This document shows, piece by piece, positions 9,773 to 18,897 of a DNA stretch of 64,000 nucleotides. The DNA comes from Arenicellales bacterium (GTDB taxonomy: Bacteria; Pseudomonadota; Gammaproteobacteria; Arenicellales; JAJDZL01). The DNA is taken from contig OY761535.1 in NCBI GenBank assembly GCA_963664525.1, forward strand, positions 2,456,082 through 2,520,081, written 5' to 3'. A model generated the notes under the pieces. It did not search any database, was not told where the DNA came from, and saw only the letters and a list, made by a program, of their open reading frames with translations. Every line of letters begins with the position of its first letter. Position 1 is the stretch's first letter. The translations under genes and the position numbers were made by a program.

Positions 9773-10747
9773 TTACATCGCATGGAATGCAGCGACGGCC
9801 GCTTTTCCGACTTCACCGGCGCGCTCTAACCACTCTTCAGTCATCACCTGACCGATTTGTTCGAAGTCTGCTTTCAACTGATCGCCCGGAGGGGAAATTT
9901 CCATTCCGTTCGCGGCCAATTGTTCCTTGTACCAATCCGCCAACTCCTCAGCTTTCGCCCATCCGGCAGCTTGCGCATCTGCAGCAGCTTTCATGACGAT
10001 GGCCTGCGTATCTGCATCAAGACTGTCCCAGGCCTCCTGATTGACGACGACCATGTTTTTGGGAAGCCAGGCTTGTACATCGTACCAGTGGCTGGTGTGT
10101 TCCCAAAGTTTACGATCATATCCAGTCGATCCCGAAGAGATCATACTCTCTGCAATACCAGTCGCAAAGGCTTGTGATACTTCTGCCGCTTCAATTTTTG
10201 TCGGCACAGCACCCATCAACTCGGCGAGTCTGGAAGTCGCTGCATTGTAGGCTCGAAATTTCACACCTTTCATATCGGCAGCGCTTTGCACGGGTTTGAC
10301 TGTGTAAAGTCCCTGTGGTGGCCACGGTACTGCATACAGAAAAACCAAGCCAGATTCACTTAGGATTTCTGCGAGAAAAGGCGCAACAGCATCTTGTAAT
10401 TTCTTGGCACCTTCAAAACTAGTTGCCAGAAATGGCAAAGCGTCGATTTCGAAAATCGGATGCTCGTTTCCCAAAGCAGAAATCAAGCGTTCACCGATGG
10501 GTGCCTGGCCAGTTCTTACAGCTCTGAATATTTCACCACCCTTGTACAGCGATCCGCTGGGATGGGTTACGATTTCTAAATTTCCGCCAGTCGCTTCTGT
10601 AACTGCCGCGGCAAAATTAGCAGCATTTTCAGAGTGATAGTTTGTCGCGGAATAAGCGAGCGGCATATCCCATTTTTCCGCTGAAGCCAAATTGGCAAAC
10701 AGCATCAAGAATAAAGCGATCAGTCCGGATACAATTTTTAACTTCAT
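9773..10747 (-). CDS. dctP: TRAP transporter substrate-binding protein
   Basis: Signal peptide; KWDMPLAYSATNYHS, HPSGSL, WPPQGLY, KGVKFRAYN. Confidence 0.93.
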   Translation of the reverse strand: MKLKIVSGLIALFLMLFANLASAEKWDMPLAYSATNYHSENAANFAAAVTEATGGNLEIVTHPSGSLYKGGEIFRAVRTGQAPIGERLISALGNEHPIFEIDALPFLATSFEGAKKLQDAVAPFLAEILSESGLVFLYAVPWPPQGLYTVKPVQSAADMKGVKFRAYNAATSRLAELMGAVPTKIEAAEVSQAFATGIAESMISSGSTGYDRKLWEHTSHWYDVQAWLPKNMVVVNQEAWDSLDADTQAIVMKAAADAQAAGWAKAEELADWYKEQLAANGMEISPPGDQLKADFEQIGQVMTEEWLERAGEVGKAAVAAFHAM

Positions 10748-11096
10748 TTCATTGATTCCTATCTATTTGAATATTAAATCATTTTCAATACAACATAAAT
10801 TCAAGGCAGTTAACCGGATGGATCATCAAAATTTCACGACAGAAAATCCGTTTCTTTGCCTTACATTAGTGAATTAAAACACTTCTGACTGCATATGATA
10901 AGGGAAAGCCTGATGCCCAACTACGTTAAAGATTGCGAGAATTTTTGCAATTTCCGGCCTTGGGTGAGGCAAAGACACCGAAAATATTGTTTGCAGACGG
11001 CTGCGTCCCTACCGGGACTGGCGGCGAGCAAATTTCTTTCCGGTAAACGCTAGCGTCTAGGCAAAATCGTAATGTCCCAAATGTCGCACCTCGTTG

Positions 11097-12539
11097 CTAA
11101 GCAACTTCGACCACTGTGATCATTCCGGCGCTTTGATGTTCAAGAACGTGACAATGAAACATCCATTTACCTGGGTTATCAGCAACAAATGCAATTTCAA
11201 CACGCTCTTCAGGCTGCATCAGCACCGTATCTCGAACTGGAGGGTTCTGCAACCGCACCCCATTTCTGCTGATGATCTGGAAAACATGTCCGTGCAGGTG
11301 AATCGGATGTTCCCAAGCCGTACGGTTTTCAATATCAAATACGTATGACTGATTCAACTTAAGCTGGAACATCGGTGGGTCAAAATGAACGTCATCTGGA
11401 ACCATCCCGTTCAGTGCCCAGACTTTGCCCATATTGACCAGATCACGGATCGACTGTTCTTCGCCATTCATATTTGCACTGGTCATAGAGCCCATCGCGC
11501 CACCTTCGAAAACGAGTGATCTTCGCTCGGCACTGGCAAGGTTTGGCAACGAAACAGGATTGTCTGTCAAACGACCGGGATGAAACTCGCGCAAGTTGTG
11601 GACCTGATCAGTACGCACCAGTCGTTTAAGTTCGTAGTCAAAGTTCGGTCGAAAGGCCTGGTCCATTACAACACTCGTATCGCCCGGCGAACCAGAAATA
11701 TCTAAAATCAAATCCGCGCGTTGTCCAGCCCCTAGTACCACGAGATCATTTTCGGGATGTATCGGATCAAGCGGATGTCCATCGAGCGCAATGATCCAAG
11801 GCTTCAAACCCTGAAACTGCAGGGCAAATGTTCTCGCGTTCGCAACGTTGACAAGACGCAAACGCAAACGTTCACCTGGTGCAACATCAAAATTTTCACT
11901 GATGTCACCGTTGACTGTCACCACATTACCGATTCGACCGTTGTGACTTGCATCTCGCATATTCGATTCAAAAGGAACAATCTGCGCTTGGCTATCAAGG
12001 CGCCAATCATCCAACACCCAAACGATGTCGCGATCAACCGCTATGGGTTCGATTTCATCGACAATCAGCACTCCGCGCAATCCGCGCCCAACCTGTTCAG
12101 AACTTGCTACATGTGGGTGGTACCAGAACGTACCTGCGTCTTTAAGTTCAAATTCGTAATGGAAAGTTTCCCCAGGTGCGATGGGAATTTGGCTAAGGAA
12201 TGGCACACCATCCATACCAATTGGAATTCTAAGCCCGTGCCAGTGGACTGTGGTTTGTTGGGGCAACTGGTTTTCGACAATGAGGCTCAGTTTTTCGCCT
12301 TGTCGATAGCGCAACAGCGGCCCAGGTACTTGTTGATTGAATGCCCAAACTTGAGTGGCAGGCCCCAGATCAGTAACCAAAGGAGTTGTTGCCGGTGATG
12401 CAATCAGGTGATAAGGTTTAGTTTGATTTGAGTGGCTTAAACTCGGGAGAGAAAATGTTGCAATTGCGCCAGCCGATGCCTGAAGAAACCGCCTGCGACG
12501 TTTATCGAAGTATGGATTGCCTGGTTCAAATGGTAGCAA
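11097..12539 (-). CDS. Tat-exported multicopper oxidase
   Basis: Twin-arginine RRRFLQ; copper motifs HWHG, WYHPH, HPIHLHGH, HCHVLEHQSAGM. Confidence 0.93.
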   Translation of the reverse strand: MLPFEPGNPYFDKRRRRFLQASAGAIATFSLPSLSHSNQTKPYHLIASPATTPLVTDLGPATQVWAFNQQVPGPLLRYRQGEKLSLIVENQLPQQTTVHWHGLRIPIGMDGVPFLSQIPIAPGETFHYEFELKDAGTFWYHPHVASSEQVGRGLRGVLIVDEIEPIAVDRDIVWVLDDWRLDSQAQIVPFESNMRDASHNGRIGNVVTVNGDISENFDVAPGERLRLRLVNVANARTFALQFQGLKPWIIALDGHPLDPIHPENDLVVLGAGQRADLILDISGSPGDTSVVMDQAFRPNFDYELKRLVRTDQVHNLREFHPGRLTDNPVSLPNLASAERRSLVFEGGAMGSMTSANMNGEEQSIRDLVNMGKVWALNGMVPDDVHFDPPMFQLKLNQSYVFDIENRTAWEHPIHLHGHVFQIISRNGVRLQNPPVRDTVLMQPEERVEIAFVADNPGKWMFHCHVLEHQSAGMITVVEVA

Positions 12540-12780
12540 AACGAATTATCAAAAAAGATTGATCGGTCAATATTGTTGATATCTGACACTGAAGCGATAC
12601 CAACTCATTTTAGGAAATTTTTGCGCAAGCGAGGTTCGCGTTTTTCGGGCGAGCTGGATCGTCTGGTGAGTGTATAACGACCCATATTTCAAGGTCAATG
12701 TGATGGGTATTCCACTCGTTCAGTTTCAATGATTCAGTTAGAATAGGACGACCAGCACACAGTTCAAGGAACTCGATACA

Positions 12781-13395
12781 ATGGTGAAATCTCAGACCGT
12801 TAAAGATTTGACATCATCGCCCCGAGCGACCTATCAGGACGTACTGGATGCGCCACAATACATGGTCGCAGAAGTTGTCGATGGAAAACTTTACACCCAC
12901 CCAAGACCTGCATTTCCACACGCCATGGCTTGTTCAGCACTCGGAGGAATGATCAATCAATTTTTTCAGTTCGGTCGAGGTGGCCCTGGAGGCTGGTGGA
13001 TACTTGACGAGCCTGAAATCCATTTGGATGAAGACATTGTGGTTCCCGATATCGGTGGCTGGCGACGCGAACGCATGCCTGAGCCTCCCAATGCGGCATT
13101 CACTACACTGGCTCCAGACTGGGTCTGTGAAGTGCTGTCCCCGCCCACCCGAAAGCTTGATCTTGGCGGTAAACAGGCAGTCTATGCGCGCGAAAGTGTT
13201 GGCTACCTCTGGTTCGTTGACCCCGATGCCCGTTTTCTGCAAGCATTTGAACTCAGCGGTACGAAGTGGACATTGATCGACACCTTGTTCGATGATGCGC
13301 CGGTGTCGCTGCCGCCGTTTGACACGATCAGTTTCAGTCTTGGTGATTTGTGGCCAACGCATACCGTTCACAAAGGTACGCCGAATGAAATGTAG
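12781..13395 (+). CDS. Uma2 (DUF820) family PD-(D/E)XK endonuclease-like protein
   Basis: AEVVDGKL, WWILDEPEIHL...VVPDIGGWRRERMP, APDWVCEVLSP, YLWFVDP. Confidence 0.9.
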   Translation: MVKSQTVKDLTSSPRATYQDVLDAPQYMVAEVVDGKLYTHPRPAFPHAMACSALGGMINQFFQFGRGGPGGWWILDEPEIHLDEDIVVPDIGGWRRERMPEPPNAAFTTLAPDWVCEVLSPPTRKLDLGGKQAVYARESVGYLWFVDPDARFLQAFELSGTKWTLIDTLFDDAPVSLPPFDTISFSLGDLWPTHTVHKGTPNEM

Positions 13396-13470
13396 GCAAA
13401 AAATATTGCTTAGAGATTGACTCGAACTGTTCTCCACTCATTGAAAGCACGACAACATAATACCAAGCTG

Positions 13471-15102
13471 ATGGACAGAAATATTTACGAACAACATCTG
13501 GATAAAAATCCAGCCAATTACCATTCCTTAACCCCAATCAGTTTTTTGGAGCGCGCCTCTCGGGTATTTCCTAACAAAACTGCTGTTGTTCACGGGAATT
13601 CAAGCTACTGTTACGCCGAACTGTATTCACGTTGTCGTCGACTTGCGAGTGCTCTTGAGAAAAGAGGTATCAACATTGGCGACACGGTTGCCATAATGGC
13701 CCCAAATACGCCAGCCATGTTGGAAGCCCACTATGGCGTGCCAATGTGTGGTGCCGTGCTGAATGCATTGAATTATCGATTGGACGCAGCAGCGATTGCT
13801 TTCATTCTTGAACACGGCGAAGCCAAAGTCTTGCTGACCGACCGTGAATTTTCCCCAGTTATCAAAGATGCACTCGAACGGTATGACGGGTCAATCGTAG
13901 TCATTGATATCGACGACCCCTACGCAGATGGTGGAGAACTGATCGGAGAAACGGATTATGAATCCCTATTGAAAGAGGGCGAGCCCGATTATGAATGGCG
14001 AGTTCCGGATGACGAGTGGCAGGCAATTTGCCTCAACTACACCTCTGGAACCACGGGTAACCCCAAGGGAGTCGTGTTTCATCACCGTGGTGCCTATCTT
14101 AACGCACTTGGAAATGCGCTGGTTTTTCAGTTGGACAATCGCAGTGTTTATCTTTGGACTTTGCCGATGTTTCATTGCAATGGATGGACGTTCACGTGGG
14201 CGGTAACTGCCGTCTGTGCGACACACGTCTGTCTTCGCAAGGTTGATCCTGCTTATATTTTTCCGTCCATCCGGAATAATCACGTAACCCACATGTGTGG
14301 TGCGCCGATTGTATTGAATTTGCTGGTTCATGCGCCAACAGAACAAAAAATTGAATTCGACCAGGTCGTTGAAGTTGCAACGGGCGGTGCCGCACCGCCT
14401 AGCCAAGTCATTGCTGAAATGGAGAAACTCGGCTTTCGAGTAACCCATCTATATGGTTTGACGGAGACCTATGGCCCAACCACAGTCTGCGCATGGCAGG
14501 AAAATTGGGAGGGCATGTCCTTGGAGGAACGAGCAGCAAAAATGGCCAGACAAGGAGTGGGATATCCGACGATTGAAGAGGTTCGGGTGATCGACCCTGA
14601 AACCATGAAAGCAGTACCGCACGACGGAACAACGATGGGCGAATTGATGGTGCGAGGCAACACCGTCATGCGAGGCTATCTAAAAAACGCTGATGCAAGT
14701 GAACAAGCATTCGCTGGCGGCTGGTATCACACCGGGGACCTGGGAGTAACTCATGAAGACGGCTACATCGAAGTGCGCGATCGCTCCAAAGACATCATCA
14801 TTTCCGGCGGGGAGAACGTCTCAAGTCTCGAAGTGGAGGATGTACTGTATCGGCATCCTCGCATCATGGAAGCGGCGGTCGTCGCCAAACCGGACGAAAA
14901 ATGGGGAGAGACGCCGTGTGCGTTTGTCACAATTGCTCCGGGTCAGGAAAACTTATTGACACAAGAAGAGGTCATTGATTGGTGTCGACAAAATCTTGCG
15001 CGGTACAAAGTACCTAAAACTGTCGTGTTTGGATCGTTACCGAAAACCTCAACGGGCAAAATTCAAAAATTTGTTTTGCGTGATCAAGCCAAGGCACTAT
15101 GA
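13471..15102 (+). CDS. Acyl-CoA synthetase / AMP-dependent ligase (short/medium-chain, DmdB/AAE-like subfamily)
   Basis: LNYTSGTTGNPKG, YLWTLPMFHCNGW, YGLTET, WYHTGDL, DRSKDIIISGGEN, PKTSTGKIQK. ATG 13471 preferred. Confidence 0.92.
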   Translation: MDRNIYEQHLDKNPANYHSLTPISFLERASRVFPNKTAVVHGNSSYCYAELYSRCRRLASALEKRGINIGDTVAIMAPNTPAMLEAHYGVPMCGAVLNALNYRLDAAAIAFILEHGEAKVLLTDREFSPVIKDALERYDGSIVVIDIDDPYADGGELIGETDYESLLKEGEPDYEWRVPDDEWQAICLNYTSGTTGNPKGVVFHHRGAYLNALGNALVFQLDNRSVYLWTLPMFHCNGWTFTWAVTAVCATHVCLRKVDPAYIFPSIRNNHVTHMCGAPIVLNLLVHAPTEQKIEFDQVVEVATGGAAPPSQVIAEMEKLGFRVTHLYGLTETYGPTTVCAWQENWEGMSLEERAAKMARQGVGYPTIEEVRVIDPETMKAVPHDGTTMGELMVRGNTVMRGYLKNADASEQAFAGGWYHTGDLGVTHEDGYIEVRDRSKDIIISGGENVSSLEVEDVLYRHPRIMEAAVVAKPDEKWGETPCAFVTIAPGQENLLTQEEVIDWCRQNLARYKVPKTVVFGSLPKTSTGKIQKFVLRDQAKAL

Positions 15103-15309
15103 GAATCGTACCCTAAATTTACCGGAATCGACTTTTGCGCGACCGTTAAATGCGTGACAAAATTCCGAATCAGAATCCTAAAACGGCTGTACGAATTATT
15201 TCGAATTCAAAAGACACAGCTGAAATGGCCTGCGAAATCAACTTGACAATGTTTCGCAAAATGTCTTGAAACGAGTTGTGACATTCAAGCGTTGATGATC
15301 GAGATTATT

Positions 15310-16152
15310 CTATAACTGAGATTTAACCGCTTCGATTACCGGTGCAGTATTTGGCATGACTCCATGCCAAATGTTGAATGACTCCGCAGCCTGCTCAACC
15401 AGCATTCCGAGGCCGTCCGATACATGTTCGACACCCTGTTGACTCGCCCACTGCATAAATTTTGATGGAAACTTACCGTACATCATGTCATACACCAGGC
15501 CAACATTCGCAAATACCTGTGCAGATATTTCAGGAAGTTCCCCATGAATTCCGGTGGACGTTCCATTGATCACAATGTCATAGGAATTTGAGTGAGCCTC
15601 ATCTAGCGCCAGCGCTCGAATATTTCCATAGTTAGCGAACTCTTCGACCAACGCATCGGCATTCGCTTTGGTCCGGTTCGCGATGGTGATTGCACCGGGG
15701 TTTCGTTCCAGTACCGGCAAAAGAATGCCGCGCACCGCCCCACCGGCACCTACGATCAGGATTTTCTGATCGCGCAAATGCACACCCAAGTTGCTCTCAA
15801 TATCCTTGACTAAGCCTGCACCATCGGTATTGTCCCCATTGACCGCACTATCAAATGTCAGGGTATTGACTGCGCCTGCCACTCGTGCGCGATCTGTCAA
15901 ATTGTCAGCCAATTTCCAGGCGTTCAGTTTAAATGGGACCGTAATATTGAGTCCGTTTCCACCGTTAGCCTGAAAGCCGCTAACCGCCTGTTCAAAACCA
16001 CCAATGTCGACATGGACTGCGCGGTAGTCAAGATTGATGCCGAATTCATCTGCAAACAGTCGATGCACCAAGGGAGATTTGCTGTGCGCAATGGGGCTTC
16101 CAAACACAGCGTAAAGCTGCCGCTTCGGAGTAAAATCGAAAAGGTCGGTCAC
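15310..16152 (-). CDS. aroE: Shikimate dehydrogenase
   Basis: GSPIAHSKSP, NITVPFK, GAVNT, GDNTDG, GAGGA, DGLGMLVEQAA. Confidence 0.96.
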   Translation of the reverse strand: MTDLFDFTPKRQLYAVFGSPIAHSKSPLVHRLFADEFGINLDYRAVHVDIGGFEQAVSGFQANGGNGLNITVPFKLNAWKLADNLTDRARVAGAVNTLTFDSAVNGDNTDGAGLVKDIESNLGVHLRDQKILIVGAGGAVRGILLPVLERNPGAITIANRTKANADALVEEFANYGNIRALALDEAHSNSYDIVINGTSTGIHGELPEISAQVFANVGLVYDMMYGKFPSKFMQWASQQGVEHVSDGLGMLVEQAAESFNIWHGVMPNTAPVIEAVKSQL

Positions 16153-16472
16153 GAAACTCTAGCCATGATGGCAGGGTGATATTCACGAGAGTACGAACAT
16201 CTTTTAGCGCCCCACTCAGTGTGAACTGTCTTTTGCATTATCAAAAATTAGTCATTGACACCCACAATCGATGTGTGGGTGTTTCAGTTGTCATTTAGGC
16301 CACATATTCTAACGAATTGTAGCCAACGATCGGCGAAAGTGCGTATGATGCGACCGTTTTCCAAGTTTCAATATGGTGCACTTTTATCACTTTATGCATC
16401 AGATATAGGCCTGGTCGTAAAAATTTCCAATACCACTGGATAGAATTCAACGGGCTATATTCTCGATTCAAA

Positions 16473-18893
16473 TTAGATTCGTGGCAACGATAAAGTCGGA
16501 TCATATGGTGCCTGATCCAAAATTCTTGCCGGGTATCTGCAAGCGATGATTTCAACTTCAAATTCACCTGCTTCAAGCTCGGCATTCTCTGTCAGGTAAG
16601 CAAGTGCCAGCGTTTTGTGGGTTCGATGACCAAAAGCGCCCGAAGTGACAATTCCAACGACCTGATCGCCTTGATAGACGCAGTGCAAGTAAAATGGATC
16701 CGAACCATCGGACTGAATCTCCAGCAGCTTCATACACCAACGCTCAGTTACTTCCTTTCGCTGCAAGAGTGCCTCCTTGCCGATAAATTCACGCCCTTGG
16801 GTCTTCACCAGATGACCCAATCCCGCTTCAAGCGGTGTCCGTTCGGTTGTCAAGTCGATCCCCCAGGCGCGAAATCCTTTTTCGAGTCGCATGGCATCAA
16901 CTGCATAAGCACCGAAATTTCCAAGCCCATAGTGATCTCCTGCTTCGATCAATGCGCAATAGACGGTTTTCGCATTCGATCGCGGAATATGCAATTCCCA
17001 TCCGGCTTCCCCGGTATAGGAAACTCGAAGTGCCAAACAATCAACACCTGCGATGGGCAGTACAGTACCAGACAACCATGGAACGCTGCACTGTGAAAGG
17101 TCATAGTCGGTTAACTCGCTCAATAGTGTCGTCGCTACCGGCCCAGCGATATTCAAAACCGCTCGTTCGGTCGTCACAGGCTTTATTTCGACTCGATCAG
17201 CCGATGCCCGGCTGCGTAGCAAATCAAGGTCGGCACGCGCCGCTCCGGCAGCTGAAGTCAGGTAATAATCAGCATCTGATAAGCGACAGACCACGAATTC
17301 GGACAACACACCACCCGATGCAGAAAGCGCATGAATCAGGGAAATCCGTCCATTATTCCTCGGTGGTGCATTAGAACCCAGACTTTCCATAAAGCGTTCT
17401 GCATCCACACCGGTCACTTCATATTTCGCGATCGGCGACATGTCAAAAATCCCGACACGTTCGGCTACCGTTTGACACTCGTATCGTACCGCCTCGAACC
17501 AGTTTGTTCGCCGAAAACTGTCAATGGCTAGCGAACCACTCTTGGATGTTTGGAACCAGTTCGGACGTTCCCACCCGTAAACTTCACCGAATACTGCACC
17601 GGATTGCTTCAATGACCGGTGAAACGGCGACAACAGGGCAGGTCTGCCTGCAGGGCGCTCCTCTTTCGGGTAGTGAATCCCGAACTGGTGCGAAAAGCTT
17701 TCCACTGCTTTTGCCACCCGATATTCACGGTCGGCATATTCACCGAACCTTCGTGAATCAATTGCCAACGGATCCATCGGTGGCTCACCGCCCACGATCC
17801 ACTCGGCAAGAAATTTTCCTGCACCGCCACCTTCCATGATCCCCATGGATGAACCGGTAATCAGCCAGGCATTTTGAAGTCCAAACGCCGGTCCGATCAG
17901 CGGATTCGCGTCTGGCGTAAAGGTAATTGGACCATTGACATTGGTCTTGATCCCAACTTTTCCGAGTGCTGGTATTCGTTCAGTCGCAGCTTCGATGATA
18001 TCGGCCAGTCTTTCAAGCGAGGGTGGCAGTAATTCTGCGCCAAACTGTGGTGGTATGCCATCGATCGACCAAGCTTGTGGATCTTTTTCGTAAGGACCAA
18101 AAATCAGCCCATCGCGTTCCTGTCTCGTGTACCAACTTTCTTCCGGATCGCGAAAAATTGGCAGCGGTTTTGTTCTCGCGCGAACTTCATCAACGGATTC
18201 GGTGACAAAATACTGATGCAGCACGGGAACAACAGGCAAATCGACACCCATCATCTCGCCGATCTCCCGGCACCAGGTACCTGCCGCGTTGACAAGGTGC
18301 TCACAAAGCAGTTCGCGTTCGGCGGTCATGACTCGCCACTCTCCACCAGAAGTTCGCTCGATGGCGATGACGGGACTTTGACGATAAATCCTTGCACCTC
18401 GAGCACGAGCTATCGCTGCAAACGCTAAAGTTGCCTGACTTGGGTCAACATTTCCATCATATGGTTCATAAATTCCACCCAGCAAGTCATTTGTCTTGGC
18501 CAATGGATACAGTTGTTTAATTTCAGGTGGATCAATCATGTGAAACTCATGGCCAACAAATCTGCCAAGACCCTGGACATGACGAAATTCGTCCATTCTG
18601 TCGCTTAAGCGGGTAACACGCATTGCGCCGGTTTGACGAAACTCAACTTCCAGGCCAGATTCTTGAGCCAGGACAGATTTGTAAAGACGAATACTTTCGG
18701 CGCGCATCTGCATGATCGTTGCATTGTGGGCAAAGTGTGTGCAAAGCCCTGCCGCATGCCAAGTTGATCCGTGCGTCAAATCGTTTTTTTCGAACAAAAC
18801 CGCGTCCGTCCATCCCAACTGTGTCACGTGGTAGAGCGTAGAAGCGCCCATCGCGCCACCGCCGATAATCGCAATTCGCGCTGTTTCAGTCAT
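16473..18893 (-). CDS. GcvT-family FAD-dependent oxidoreductase (dimethylglycine dehydrogenase-like)
   Basis: IIGGGAMG, GSTWHAAG, NGPITFTPD, GWERPNWF, SYTGEAGWELH, RLEKGFRAWG. Confidence 0.92.
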   Translation of the reverse strand: MTETARIAIIGGGAMGASTLYHVTQLGWTDAVLFEKNDLTHGSTWHAAGLCTHFAHNATIMQMRAESIRLYKSVLAQESGLEVEFRQTGAMRVTRLSDRMDEFRHVQGLGRFVGHEFHMIDPPEIKQLYPLAKTNDLLGGIYEPYDGNVDPSQATLAFAAIARARGARIYRQSPVIAIERTSGGEWRVMTAERELLCEHLVNAAGTWCREIGEMMGVDLPVVPVLHQYFVTESVDEVRARTKPLPIFRDPEESWYTRQERDGLIFGPYEKDPQAWSIDGIPPQFGAELLPPSLERLADIIEAATERIPALGKVGIKTNVNGPITFTPDANPLIGPAFGLQNAWLITGSSMGIMEGGGAGKFLAEWIVGGEPPMDPLAIDSRRFGEYADREYRVAKAVESFSHQFGIHYPKEERPAGRPALLSPFHRSLKQSGAVFGEVYGWERPNWFQTSKSGSLAIDSFRRTNWFEAVRYECQTVAERVGIFDMSPIAKYEVTGVDAERFMESLGSNAPPRNNGRISLIHALSASGGVLSEFVVCRLSDADYYLTSAAGAARADLDLLRSRASADRVEIKPVTTERAVLNIAGPVATTLLSELTDYDLSQCSVPWLSGTVLPIAGVDCLALRVSYTGEAGWELHIPRSNAKTVYCALIEAGDHYGLGNFGAYAVDAMRLEKGFRAWGIDLTTERTPLEAGLGHLVKTQGREFIGKEALLQRKEVTERWCMKLLEIQSDGSDPFYLHCVYQGDQVVGIVTSGAFGHRTHKTLALAYLTENAELEAGEFEVEIIACRYPARILDQAPYDPTLSLPRI

Positions 18894-18897
18894 TGCA

